From an uncultured Collinsella sp. (GTDB lineage Bacteria > Actinomycetota > Coriobacteriia > Coriobacteriales > Coriobacteriaceae): a stretch of DNA of 64,000 nt. The notes under the pieces were generated by a model. It saw nothing but the letters and a program-made list of their open reading frames with translations, was not told the DNA's origin and searched no databases. Position numbers and translations under genes: made by a program. This document shows, in pieces, positions 1 to 9,552 of this stretch; within the stretch, counting starts at the first letter, position 1, and the number at the start of each line of letters is the position of its first letter. The DNA lies in the NCBI GenBank assembly GCA_959020715.1, contig CAUESV010000008.1:9047-73046 (forward strand), in the 5' to 3' direction.

Positions 1-86
1 GTACCCGCTCTTGGGCACTCATTTAAGTCTGTCCCCAATGAGCGCCGAAAATAATACAACCGCCCTTGTTGAGCATAAGTCAGCGA

Positions 87-185
87 AAACCCGTACACGC
101 GAGCAAGGTGACGTGAAACGAAAGGGCGCAGACCTTATGGTCGCGCCCTTGAAATTGAACGTCAGATTGCCGCGTGTACGGGTTT
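87..185. other. Long imperfect rod-like hairpin (candidate structured RNA or palindromic repeat)
   Basis: AAACCCGTACACGCG (87-101) pairs with CGCGTGTACGGGTTT (171-185); inner stems TGACGT/ACGTCA, AAGGGCGC/GCGCCCTT and GACC-TTAT-GGTC. Confidence 0.55.
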
Positions 186-198
186 GCAGCGTCGAGCC

Positions 199-226
199 GT
201 TACGCGGTTTGGTAAAACCGCGTAAC
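199..226. terminator. Hairpin immediately after yqeY stop (possible terminator)
   Basis: GTTACGCGGTTT-GGTA-AAACCGCGTAAC perfect 12-bp stem; no strong U-tract. Confidence 0.45.
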
Positions 227-229
227 AAA

Positions 230-673
230 TTACGCGAGTTTGGCTCCAACGATCTTTGCCGCGGCAGGCTTATCGAAGTTACCGCCAGTGGCCTTGCCGA
301 GTGCGCCCATAACCTGGCCCATCTGCTTCTTAGAGGTCGCGCCCAGCTCGGCGATAACCTGCTCGATCAGGGCCTCGAGCTCCTCGCCCGAAACCTGCGC
401 GGGCAGCAGGCTCTCCAGAATCTTGACCTGCTCGGTCAGATTGTCGGTACGCTCCTGGTCGGTGCCGGCCTTGATGGACATCTCCAGCGTCTCGCTCGTC
501 TGCTTGATCAGACGCTTGATCATGCTGTTGACGTCTTCCTCGGTCACATCGCGGCGCTCGTTGACCTCGATATTCTTCACCTCGGCCTTGACCTGGCGAA
601 TGATGGACAGGCGAACCTTGTCCTTGGCCTTCATGGCCGCGATCATTTCCTTCTGCAGCTCTTCGTTGGTCAT
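230..673 (-). CDS. yqeY: GatB/YqeY domain protein
   Basis: 147 aa; AMKAKDK..RLS.IR, EQ..IL..LLPAQ.S and KKQMGQVMG motifs. Confidence 0.9.
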   Translation of the reverse strand: MTNEELQKEMIAAMKAKDKVRLSIIRQVKAEVKNIEVNERRDVTEEDVNSMIKRLIKQTSETLEMSIKAGTDQERTDNLTEQVKILESLLPAQVSGEELEALIEQVIAELGATSKKQMGQVMGALGKATGGNFDKPAAAKIVGAKLA

Positions 674-727
674 CTGCTAATCCTCTCTAATAGCGTGGGC
701 GGTACTCGCGCGAGCGCCGCCCCATGA

Positions 728-1948
728 TTACTCAGTCGTCGACGAATCGTCGGTCGAACTCTTGGTGACGCCCTTCAGGCTCACGTTATAGGGTACGTCT
801 TTGGGCATGGGGTTGACGGTGATGTCGGCATCCTTCTTGTACTGCTCCAGCCACTCGCTGTACGCGGTGCTGGCCGTCTGCGTCTTCACCACGTTGGAGA
901 CATACTTCCTGATGGCCTTGGGCACCTGGTTGATGTCATCAACCTGATTATCGACATGGAAGTAGTCGGTGCACTTGATGATGTGGTAGCCATAGGTCGA
1001 CTCGACGACTTCGCTCACGTCGCCCTTGTTGAGTCCCTCGAGCGCCGTCTGGTAGCTGTCGACGAAAGTGGTGAGCTTATCCCAGCCCACATCGCCCTTC
1101 TTCTCCTTGGAACCGGTGTCCTCGGAGTACTGCTCAACGGCGCCCTCAAAGCTCAGCTCACCGGAGTTGATCTTGTCCAGGCACTCCTGCGCTTTGGCCT
1201 TGGCGGCGGCCTTGTCCTCGTCGGAAGCGTCGGAATCGACCTTGATCAGAATATTCGACGAGCGACGGGCGTCATTGTAGTTGGACAGGTTCTCGTTGAT
1301 GTAATCGACAATCTCGCTGTCCTTGGGCTTGCTCGTGGGCGCCACGGCATCCTTAAGCTTTTGCTGTGCCAGACTCTCCTTGAGTGAGTCCTTGTAGGTG
1401 TCCTCGGTATAGCCGTAGGTCTTGAGGGTCTTCTTAAAGGCCTTGGCACCGCCCGCGCTCTTGCACGCGTCCTTCCAAGCCTTCTCGACCTCCTCGTCCG
1501 ACACCGTCACGCCGTTCTCCTTCTGTGCCTGTTGAAGCAGAATCTGCTGCGTATAGGAGTCGATGAGTTGCTTGCGGTACTTCTTGGGCGTGAGGTCGTT
1601 GTCGACCAGATACTGCGCCCAGTCCTTGTCTTTGGTGTAGCCGTAGGACGTGCGCATGCTCATGATCTGCTTGGTCACGGTGTCCTCGGTGAGGTTGGTG
1701 CCGTTGATAGTAGCAGCAACACCGCCGGTCAGCTTGTAGCCCGAGGTGTCCTCGGCCTGCGACATAAGGCCGGAGCACGCCATCGCCGAGACGGAAAGCA
1801 GCATCGCCAGCACGCCGATGACCACCAGGACGATCTTGACGGTCTTAGACACGTACGTCTTGCGCTGCTTCTTGCGAGAGCTGGAGGCAGCGCGGGCCTG
1901 CTGCTCGGGCGTCGGCGCGACCTCGGAGTTCTTTTTCTTATTTGCCAT
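728..1948 (-). CDS. Parvulin-type peptidyl-prolyl isomerase (PrsA/SurA-like), membrane anchored
   Basis: N-terminal TM plus Cys, SurA-like N-domain, rotamase motifs NILIK, YSEDTGSKEKKGDVGW, VESTYGYHIIK; start trimmed to MANKKK. Confidence 0.88.
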   Translation of the reverse strand: MANKKKNSEVAPTPEQQARAASSSRKKQRKTYVSKTVKIVLVVIGVLAMLLSVSAMACSGLMSQAEDTSGYKLTGGVAATINGTNLTEDTVTKQIMSMRTSYGYTKDKDWAQYLVDNDLTPKKYRKQLIDSYTQQILLQQAQKENGVTVSDEEVEKAWKDACKSAGGAKAFKKTLKTYGYTEDTYKDSLKESLAQQKLKDAVAPTSKPKDSEIVDYINENLSNYNDARRSSNILIKVDSDASDEDKAAAKAKAQECLDKINSGELSFEGAVEQYSEDTGSKEKKGDVGWDKLTTFVDSYQTALEGLNKGDVSEVVESTYGYHIIKCTDYFHVDNQVDDINQVPKAIRKYVSNVVKTQTASTAYSEWLEQYKKDADITVNPMPKDVPYNVSLKGVTKSSTDDSSTTE

Positions 1949-2085
1949 AGTTGGCCTTTCGCATAACGAATCGAACAAACGCCATTGTGTCACAACGCAG
2001 CCGCCGCGACACACCTGGTGCATGGGGGACAGGTTAATCTGCACCATTTTGGTGCAAAGGGGACGGGTCTGGCAGTTGGCAGCTA

Positions 2086-2150
2086 GGGACGTTCCTTTTC
2101 TGCCGGCAGTTAGGGACAGTCCCTACCTGCCGGCAGAAAAGGAACGTCCC
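2086..2150. repeat. Near-perfect 65-bp palindrome of GGGAC...GTCCC REP-like family
   Basis: 24-bp arms GGGACGTTCCTTTTCTGCCGGCAG / CTGCCGGCAGAAAAGGAACGTCCC around TAGGGAC-A-GTCCCTA. Confidence 0.8.
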
Positions 2151-2175
2151 CGAGTGCCACCGGCTTAGCTCCACC

Positions 2176-2640
2176 TTAGAAGTGGCGGCGGATGGCGTCG
2201 ACCATGCCCTGCGGCGTGGTCTGGCCGAGTACATCGGCTGCAGCGTCGGCATCCATAAAGATATTCATAAGCGCCTGAAGTGCCTCGACCTGGCCGCCCG
2301 GCTCGGCAATGCCCAGATTGATGATAATCTGCGCCGGCACCGGGGCGCCCATACCCGCCATCGCGTTGAACGTCACAGGTGCGGCGGGCTTTACCACTGC
2401 GATATAGGGCTTGGCCACAAATCCCGGATCGGTATGCGGGATGGCGATGTTTGCCGCCGGCATAGCGAGACCCGTGGGATAGGCGTCCTCGCGCGTGCGG
2501 ACGGCGTTGAGCCAACCCTCGGCAATGTAGCCGCGCGGGGCAAGCTCACCCTCGAGCCGCGCAAACACCTCATCCGGCGTCGCGCACTCCCAATCAAAAA
2601 ACACCAGCTCAGGCGTAAACAACGCTTCGTTATCCGCCAT
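2176..2640 (-). CDS. PTS sugar transporter subunit IIA (galactitol/fructose-mannitol type), orphan
   Basis: RE..YPTGL...NIAIPHTD phospho-His motif; no IIB/IIC adjacent. Confidence 0.88.
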   Translation of the reverse strand: MADNEALFTPELVFFDWECATPDEVFARLEGELAPRGYIAEGWLNAVRTREDAYPTGLAMPAANIAIPHTDPGFVAKPYIAVVKPAAPVTFNAMAGMGAPVPAQIIINLGIAEPGGQVEALQALMNIFMDADAAADVLGQTTPQGMVDAIRRHF

Positions 2641-2658
2641 GCGCTCACCTCTCTCACC

Positions 2659-2739
2659 TAGTCACCTGGGACGTTCTTAAACGACTAGTCATTCAAGAAC
2701 GTCCCCAATGACTAGTCGTTTAAGAACGTCCCCAATGAC
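2659..2739. repeat. REP-like cluster: two tandem 27-bp units plus one inverted unit
   Basis: TAGTCATTCAAGAACGTCCCCAATGAC, TAGTCGTTTAAGAACGTCCCCAATGAC, preceded by inverted GGGACGTTCTTAAACGAC. Confidence 0.75.
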
Positions 2740-2819
2740 TACCCAAAACAAAAGATGGCCACGTGCGCCTTGGCGCCAATGACCACCCTGACTACTCGGC
2801 TAAATTGTACTGTGCGCCG

Positions 2820-3521
2820 CTAGCCGCGAGGCGCGTCAATTGCGACCTTGCCGCTCTCTAGCACGTGGACGCGGCCGTCGGCGAGCATTTGCACGACCTC
2901 GGGATACAGTACGTGCTCAATCGCGTGGATGTGCTCCTCGAGCGTGTCGGCATCCCAGCCCTCCTCAACAGCCAGCGCACGCTGGGCGATGATGGGACCG
3001 TTGTCGTAGATCTCGTTGGCAAAATGCACGGTCACGCCAGTTACCTTGACGCCGCGCGCAAAGGCGTCGTCAATCGCATGCGCACCGGTAAAGCTCGGCA
3101 GCAGCGCCGGATGCAAGTTGACCACGCGGTTGGGAAACGCCGCCAGCAGAGGCGTGTGCACCATGCGCATGTAGCCGGCCATGACCACATACTCGCAGCC
3201 GCGCTCGAGAAGCTCGTGCGCGATGATCTCGTCGGCGGCGATGGGGTCGGCATAGACATCCTTGGACAGCGTGAGCGTCTGGATGCCCGCGCGCTCAGCG
3301 CGCTGCAAACCCTTAGCCGAAGGCCGGCTCGACACCACAAGCTCAATCGAAGCGTTGAGCTTGCCGGCGGCGATCAGATCGATCAGCGCCTGCAGGTTGG
3401 TACCCGAACCGCTGATGAGCACACCGATCTTGAGCGGCTCGGCCGTATCGGTGCCGGTCGGACGGGTATAGGGCACAAAGTCCAGGCCCTCGGCAGCAGT
3501 CATCTGCTCGTTAGCGCTCAT
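2820..3521 (-). CDS. purN: Phosphoribosylglycinamide formyltransferase
   Basis: VLISGSGTNLQA, AGYMR, NLHPALLP.F.G, GVTVH, D.GPII. Confidence 0.96.
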   Translation of the reverse strand: MSANEQMTAAEGLDFVPYTRPTGTDTAEPLKIGVLISGSGTNLQALIDLIAAGKLNASIELVVSSRPSAKGLQRAERAGIQTLTLSKDVYADPIAADEIIAHELLERGCEYVVMAGYMRMVHTPLLAAFPNRVVNLHPALLPSFTGAHAIDDAFARGVKVTGVTVHFANEIYDNGPIIAQRALAVEEGWDADTLEEHIHAIEHVLYPEVVQMLADGRVHVLESGKVAIDAPRG

Positions 3522-4614
3522 CGGAGTACACGACCTTACCGGAACCCTCGACGCACTCGCCCACGCGGAACGGCTTCTCGCCCAGCGCGACCAGGGCCTC
3601 GGTCACCGCGGCCTCGTCCTCGGGGGCGACGATCAGGCACAGGCCAACGCCCATGTTGAAGGTCTTGCATGCCTCGTTGGGCGCGAGCTCGGCCTGGCGC
3701 GACACGTAGGTGATGACGGGCGGAACGTCCCAACCCATCTCGGCACCGTTGCGGGTGACCACAGCGTCGACGTCGTCGGCGAGCGCGCGGTTGAGGTTCT
3801 CGGTAATACCGCCGCCGGTGATGTGGGCGATGGCGTGCACGTTGGCGCCGCCGTGCAGCAGCTCCAGAATCGGCTTCACATAAATGCGCGTGGGGGCCAG
3901 CAGGGCGTCAGCCAGCGAAGCGCCACCGAGCTCCTCGAGCGGGCGGCTCAGTTCCTCGGCCTTAGCGGCGGCCTCGGGCGTGCCCGGCTTAATGCCGTCG
4001 ACGCCAATGACCTTGCGCACGAGCGAGTAGCCGTTGGAGTGCACGCCGGTGGAAGGCAGGCCCAGAATCACGTCGCCGGGGCGGACGTTCGCAGGGTCGA
4101 GCATCTTGGGACGGTCGACGACGCCCACGGTAAAGCCGGCGAGGTCGTAGTCGGCCGGAGCCATGACGCCCGGGTGCTCGGCCATCTCGCCGCCCACGAG
4201 CGCGCAACCCGCGAGCTTGCAGCCGTCGGCCACGCCCTTGATGATCTTTGCCATGTGCTCGGCCTCGATGTGACCGATGGCAACGTAGTCCAGGAAGAAC
4301 AGCGGCTCGGCGCCCGAAGCCAAAATGTCGTTGACGCACATAGCGACCAGGTCCTGGCCCACCGTCTCGTGACGGTCCATGATCTGGGCGAGCACGAGCT
4401 TGGTGCCCACGCCGTCGGTACCGCTAATCAGAATCGGGTCTTCCATATCCTTAAGCGCGGCGGCCGAGAACAGGCCACCAAAGCCACCGATACCGCCGAT
4501 GACCTCGGGGCGGTTGGTGTCCTTAACCATTTGCTTAATAGCGTCAACGGCGCGGCCGCCCTCGGCGGTATCGACGCCGGCATCCTCATACGTCACATGC
4601 TTGCTGTCGCTCAT
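3511..4614 (-). CDS. purM: Phosphoribosylformylglycinamidine cyclo-ligase
   Basis: YEDAGVD, GGFGGLF, TDGVGTK, GGEMAEHPG, HSNGYSLVR, HITGGG, TFNMGVG. Confidence 0.97.
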   Translation of the reverse strand: MSDSKHVTYEDAGVDTAEGGRAVDAIKQMVKDTNRPEVIGGIGGFGGLFSAAALKDMEDPILISGTDGVGTKLVLAQIMDRHETVGQDLVAMCVNDILASGAEPLFFLDYVAIGHIEAEHMAKIIKGVADGCKLAGCALVGGEMAEHPGVMAPADYDLAGFTVGVVDRPKMLDPANVRPGDVILGLPSTGVHSNGYSLVRKVIGVDGIKPGTPEAAAKAEELSRPLEELGGASLADALLAPTRIYVKPILELLHGGANVHAIAHITGGGITENLNRALADDVDAVVTRNGAEMGWDVPPVITYVSRQAELAPNEACKTFNMGVGLCLIVAPEDEAAVTEALVALGEKPFRVGECVEGSGKVVYSDER

Positions 4615-4771
4615 CTGAGTCTTCCTCTCCCATTACCGTGGCGCCGCGCAGGCGCCAAACGGTACTCATAGTTGCGTTCATTTCGGCGCGCGCCATAACA
4701 GCACGCGCCGTCATATCAACAAAACAGCAGGTAAAACCTACCAAAATAAACCTGTCCCTATATGGCAGGTT

Positions 4772-6442
4772 TTAGGCCTCGCCGTGTTCCTCTTCCCAGC
4801 TGCGGTCGTCGTATTTCTCGACCACGGCGTCGTCGTCAAAATGCAGCGGTTTATCCAGGTTGCGGGGCTTAAAGCCCTCCATGAACTTGTCGCGGCCAAA
4901 GCTCTCTGGAATCGCCACGGGATAGCGTCCGGTAAAGCACGCATCGCAGTAGCCGCCCTTGGGCATGACCTTCAGCAGGCCCTCGACCGAAAGGAAGGCC
5001 AGCGAATCGGCGCCAATGTACTCGCAAATCTCGTCGACCGTCTTGTTGGCGCTGATAAGCTGCGACTGCACGTCGGTATCGATACCGTAGAAGCACGGCC
5101 AGATGACCTCGGGCGAGTTGATGCGGATATGAATCTCCTTGGCGCCAGCGTTGCGTAGCATCTTGACGAGCTGCACCATGGTGGTGCCGCGCACGATGGA
5201 GTCGTCGATGACGACTAGGCGCTTGCCCTCGATGTTGTCGCGCAGCGGGTTGAGTTTCATGCGCACGCCCATGGCGCGCAGCTCCTGCGTGGGCTCGATA
5301 AACGTACGGCCCACGTAGCGGTTCTTGATGAGGCCCTCGCCAAAGGGAATACCGCTCTCGTGCGAATACCCCTCCGCGGGCGGCAGGCCGGAGTCGGGCA
5401 CGCCGATGACCAGGTCGGCCTCGACGGGCTCCTCGTGTGCCAGCTGACGACCCATGTCGTAACGGCAGGCATAGACGCTCTTGCCGTTCATGATGGAGTC
5501 GGGACGAGCGAAGTAGACCTGCTCAAAGATGCAGTTAGCAGGCTCTTCGGCGGCAGGCACGCCCTGCTCGGACACAAGGCCCTCGGCGCTGATGCGCAAA
5601 ATCTCACCGGGACGGACGTCGCGGACGTACTCGGCGCCCACAATGTCGAGCGCACAAGTTTCGGAGGCGACGACCCAGCCGCCGGCGCGGGTGACATGGG
5701 TGGTGGCGTCGACCGTCGCGGCGCCGTCCTGCGACGGCAGCTGCGAAACGGATGCGGCATCGGCCTGGTCCAGGCCCTCGTCCACCAGCTTGCCCAGCAC
5801 GAGCGGGCGAATGCCGTGCGGATCGCGGAATGCGTAGAGCGCCTGCTCGTTGATGAGCGTCATGGCGTAGCCGCCGCGCACGAGCTCCATGGTCTTGCGA
5901 ATGCCCTCGCGCAGATGGCCTGTACGCTGAGTAAAGTAGCCGATGAGCTTGGTCGCGACCTCGGAATCCGAGTTGGAGAGGAACGGCACACCCAGCTCGA
6001 TGAGCTGACGGCGCAACTCGTCGGTGTTAACGAGGGTACCGTTGTGCGCAAGCGCGATGATGACGCTGTTAATAGTCGAAAGATGTGGCTGAGAGGCTTC
6101 CCAGCTCTTGGCGCCGGCGGTGCCGTAGCGCACATGACCCACGGCCAGCTGACCGGAGAGCGTCGACAAGTCGGCATTGGAGAACACGCGGTCGAGCAGG
6201 CCCAGATCCTTGCGGACCATAACCGTGCCGCCGTCACCAACAGCGATTCCCGCCGATTCTTGGCCACGGTGCTGCAGTGCACGCAGGCCAAAGTACGTCA
6301 GTCGAGCCACGTCGCGATCGGGCGCCCACACACCAAAAATGCCGCATTCCTCATGCAGTTGGTCGGAGTCCGGATCATACGTCGACATGGCGTTCACCTG
6401 TCCCGCGGCACGCTCGGCCGCGCGGATGGTTTCTTGAGACAT
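4772..6442 (-). CDS. purF: Amidophosphoribosyltransferase
   Basis: EECGIFG, LQHRGQE, GHVRY, AHNG, VIDDSIVRGTT, PCFYGID, C..C Fe-S ligands. Confidence 0.97.
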   Translation of the reverse strand: MSQETIRAAERAAGQVNAMSTYDPDSDQLHEECGIFGVWAPDRDVARLTYFGLRALQHRGQESAGIAVGDGGTVMVRKDLGLLDRVFSNADLSTLSGQLAVGHVRYGTAGAKSWEASQPHLSTINSVIIALAHNGTLVNTDELRRQLIELGVPFLSNSDSEVATKLIGYFTQRTGHLREGIRKTMELVRGGYAMTLINEQALYAFRDPHGIRPLVLGKLVDEGLDQADAASVSQLPSQDGAATVDATTHVTRAGGWVVASETCALDIVGAEYVRDVRPGEILRISAEGLVSEQGVPAAEEPANCIFEQVYFARPDSIMNGKSVYACRYDMGRQLAHEEPVEADLVIGVPDSGLPPAEGYSHESGIPFGEGLIKNRYVGRTFIEPTQELRAMGVRMKLNPLRDNIEGKRLVVIDDSIVRGTTMVQLVKMLRNAGAKEIHIRINSPEVIWPCFYGIDTDVQSQLISANKTVDEICEYIGADSLAFLSVEGLLKVMPKGGYCDACFTGRYPVAIPESFGRDKFMEGFKPRNLDKPLHFDDDAVVEKYDDRSWEEEHGEA

Positions 6443-6726
6443 GGCATCCCCTCAGAGCCTCGTATTTTGGCGTTACCCGCCTTATTATACGCACGGCGCG
6501 ACGCGCTCCCCCGCGCATGAGCAGCGCTTTTTAAAAGCCCACCGAGCTAATAATCCGTTTTGCGGCCAAACATTTTATCGGTCTGTCCAGTGCAAGCGCC
6601 CACGCCCCCATATGGCCGCCGCGCCCGCCGTTGGGGCTTGCATTGTTGCAATTGGGACGTTCGTCCTGTCTTTTGGCAGGTCGGCGGCGTATCCTTGTAC
6701 CTACAGCAAAACGAGAAAGGTTATGT

Positions 6727-7956
6727 ATGGATCGAAACGAACTCGACCCCAGCGTCCCCAGCGCCACGGAGGTCAAGAAGATCCCCCTCGTCATTAAGGT
6801 GTACGCCGTCCTGTGCATCCTGTCCGGCGTGGGCACGCTCCCATCGGTCGGCGCCTTTATGTGGCAGGTCATCACCGCGCTCATTAACGGAAACGTCGCC
6901 GAAAAGCTCGGCGACAATATGCTGGTCGCGGTTGGACTCATCGTCGCCGGCATCATGCTCTCTGCGGCAAGTGCCGTCATCCTAATCATCTTTGGCCTGG
7001 ACCTTATCAAAAACCAGCGCCGCAACGCCGCCCGCCTGTCCTACATCCTTATTGCATTTACCGTCGTCGAGCTTTTGGTCGACGTGATGCTCCAGGGCAT
7101 CGGGCCCTTCTTGCTTCGCCCTGCTATCCAGCTCGGCATCCTCGTCGCGCTTTCGGCCACCGTCGACCCCACGCTGCGCCAGGAGCGCGAGCTGCAGCGC
7201 CGCCTGCAGGAGATGCTCGACCGCGACGCCGCCGCCGAGGGCATGCTCGGCCGCGATGAAACCGGCGAGGGCTACATCAAGCTCAACTACTTCAACCTGT
7301 TCTGGGTATTCCTCGTCTGCTGCGTGCTCGGCCTGATCGCCGAGGACATCTGGCATATGACAGTCGCCGACCCGGGCGTCTACCAGAACCGCGCCGGCAT
7401 GCTGTTTGGTCCCTTCAGCCCCATCTATGGCTTTGGCGCCGTACTCATGACCATGGTGCTCAACCGCTTCTATAAAAAGAACCCCATCATCATTTTCCTG
7501 GTAAGCGCTGTGCTCGGCGCGAGCTTTGAGGTGTTCGTGGGCTGGTTTATGCAGACCTCATTTGGCGTGGTCTCGTGGAGCTACTCGCACATGAAGCTGT
7601 TCGGCATGCCCGACCCACTCGCCGTCCTTACGGGCGGACGCACCTGCACGGGCTTTGCCTGCCTGTGGGGCCTGGGTGGCCTTATCTGGATCAAGCTGCT
7701 GTTGCCGAGGCTGCTCAAGCTCATCAACATGATTCCGTGGAAGAGTCGCTACTCGGCTACCGTCATCTTTACCGTCATTATGCTGGTCGACGGCGTCATG
7801 ACGCTGCAGTCGCTCGACTACTGGTACCAGCGCGTCAACGGCACGGAGCCGGATATTCCCGTCGCGCAGTTCTACGGCAAGTATTTCGATAACGACTACA
7901 TGGAGAACCGCTTCCAGAGCATGACCATGAGTCCCAAGGATGCGACGCGCGTGTAG
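6727..7956 (+). CDS. Multi-pass membrane protein with C-terminal putative ABC transporter permease (DUF1113/CmpB-like) domain
   Basis: G.LFGPFSPIYGFG, WSYS, GRTC..F..LWG motifs; extra N-terminal TM bundle; start MDRNE after GAAAGG. Confidence 0.75.
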   Translation: MDRNELDPSVPSATEVKKIPLVIKVYAVLCILSGVGTLPSVGAFMWQVITALINGNVAEKLGDNMLVAVGLIVAGIMLSAASAVILIIFGLDLIKNQRRNAARLSYILIAFTVVELLVDVMLQGIGPFLLRPAIQLGILVALSATVDPTLRQERELQRRLQEMLDRDAAAEGMLGRDETGEGYIKLNYFNLFWVFLVCCVLGLIAEDIWHMTVADPGVYQNRAGMLFGPFSPIYGFGAVLMTMVLNRFYKKNPIIIFLVSAVLGASFEVFVGWFMQTSFGVVSWSYSHMKLFGMPDPLAVLTGGRTCTGFACLWGLGGLIWIKLLLPRLLKLINMIPWKSRYSATVIFTVIMLVDGVMTLQSLDYWYQRVNGTEPDIPVAQFYGKYFDNDYMENRFQSMTMSPKDATRV

Positions 7957-7977
7957 CGCCCACCGCGCCCAAAACAC

Positions 7978-8017
7978 AAAATGCCCGCCGGTATCACACG
8001 TACCGGCGGGCATTTTT
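7978..8017. terminator. Bidirectional intrinsic terminator
   Basis: AAAATGCCCGCCGGTA-tcacacg-TACCGGCGGGCATTTTT between convergent genes. Confidence 0.8.
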
Positions 8018-8046
8018 ATAAACGAGCCTTCTATCGACGCAAGCCT

Positions 8047-8466
8047 CTACGCCTCGCGCTCGACCTCGCTCACACACTCATTTTTGATGGTACCGACGAG
8101 CGCCTGCAGCGCATCGACCACATGCGGGCGAATGTCCCCGCCAATGAGCACGAGCATGATGTCGTCGCCCACGGCGAGCTCGCCACTCGCCAACCACACG
8201 CGCACGTAACCGATACCCGGCATCGCGTGCGTTGCCTCGATAGCGGCCTGCACCTTTTCGGCATCGAAGCCAAACGCCATGCCGCCCACCTTATGTCCAG
8301 GCGCCACACCATCGGTCTCGACCCCACGCACCTCGGCCTTGGGCGTCGCGCGCACCACGCCGTTGTGTGTCAGGTACATCCCACAATCAGCCGCCGAAAC
8401 ATCGGCCTTGGCTTCGCGCAGCCAAGCATCAACCGAAGGCATCGATTTGCCATTCTCAAACATCAT
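8047..8466 (-). CDS. moaE: Molybdopterin synthase catalytic subunit MoaE-like protein
   Basis: GMYLTHNGVVR, G.L.VGDD...V..GGDIR motifs; start trimmed to MMFENG. Confidence 0.8.
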   Translation of the reverse strand: MMFENGKSMPSVDAWLREAKADVSAADCGMYLTHNGVVRATPKAEVRGVETDGVAPGHKVGGMAFGFDAEKVQAAIEATHAMPGIGYVRVWLASGELAVGDDIMLVLIGGDIRPHVVDALQALVGTIKNECVSEVEREA

Positions 8467-8518
8467 TTCTCCTTTTGATTTCCAGGGCAGTCTTTTTGGG
8501 ACGGGGCTCCCGGACACT

Positions 8519-9517
8519 TTATTCCTCGACCGGCGTGAGCACCATGACGGCGCGTGTGTTGCTCAGCGACAGCGAGCGACAGGTCACAAGCGTTACGACC
8601 TTGGTTGCCGAAGCGGCACGGTCGGTGGCATCGCTCGCCACGGCAGAGGCACCGTCGAGCATCTCGGACAGGTAATTCTTCAGTCCGTCATCGCCCTCAA
8701 AGTTGGGCGTGCGCGCCTTGGCATACGTGTCCTCGACCACCTTGGTCGCCAGCGGGCGCAACTTATACGTCGCATCGCACGTGATGTAGTACACGTATTC
8801 CATGCTGTCGAACGTCGCCTGATCGGTCGTACGCGAAATCACGTTGAACATCGAACCGTCGTTCATGTGATGGCCGTAAATCGTGGTCTGCTGATCCACC
8901 ATGCCCGGCGCGGTGTCGTCGCTATCCAAGAAGATGGCTCCCGAGGCATTGGCCGTACCGTCGAACAGCGTGTTGAGGTACTTGGAGTTGTTGTTGGTCT
9001 GCACCACGGGGTAGTTGATGTTGGTGCCGGGCGCGTAAATCCAACCCACAACCTCGGGATTTGTCTGGGCGAGCGCGTTGAAGTCGATAATCGGCACGCC
9101 GCTGGCGTCCTTGTCGCTCACATATTGCTTTTCGATTTTTTGATACGACTCGCTCGCCTGCTTGTAGCCAATCTGGGCATTAATAAAGATGGCGGCCGCA
9201 GCAACGATCAGGCCAATGCCAATGATGATGAGCAGAATGGGAATGACGGAGCGGCGCTTTTTGCGCAGCGGCTCGGTATAGCTCGATGGCGCGGTATGCG
9301 CCGAAGAGCGAGGTGACTTCTTGGCCGTACTGTATGACGAAGGGCGATAAGCAGCAGGCGTATCCTGACGGCGATGGGACGTCGGCGTTACGGAACGCGG
9401 CGCGCGCGGCTGCTGAGGAGAGGATGTCCGACCCTGCTGTGCCGCATGGGCAGCACCCGGCTTCGACGGATCGGGAATCTGAGAAGCCTTGAATCGTTTT
9501 CCCTGATAATCGGACAT
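8519..9517 (-). CDS. srtB: Class B sortase with long basic disordered N-terminal tail
   Basis: N.EVVGWI, NYPVVQ..NN..YL, GAIFLD, IYGHHM.DGSMF, TLVTC...R catalytic motifs; single TM. Confidence 0.9.
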   Translation of the reverse strand: MSDYQGKRFKASQIPDPSKPGAAHAAQQGRTSSPQQPRAPRSVTPTSHRRQDTPAAYRPSSYSTAKKSPRSSAHTAPSSYTEPLRKKRRSVIPILLIIIGIGLIVAAAAIFINAQIGYKQASESYQKIEKQYVSDKDASGVPIIDFNALAQTNPEVVGWIYAPGTNINYPVVQTNNNSKYLNTLFDGTANASGAIFLDSDDTAPGMVDQQTTIYGHHMNDGSMFNVISRTTDQATFDSMEYVYYITCDATYKLRPLATKVVEDTYAKARTPNFEGDDGLKNYLSEMLDGASAVASDATDRAASATKVVTLVTCRSLSLSNTRAVMVLTPVEE

Positions 9518-9552
9518 GGCTCTCCTTATACTGCGGTGAAACGGCGGAACGC

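Noticed and set aside
2659..2739. Tandem 27-bp repeats as a CRISPR array
   Set aside because: No spacers and mixed orientation; better explained as a REP-like cluster.
4615..6560. Purine or ZTP riboswitch upstream of purM or purF
   Set aside because: No recognisable aptamer consensus in the short leaders.
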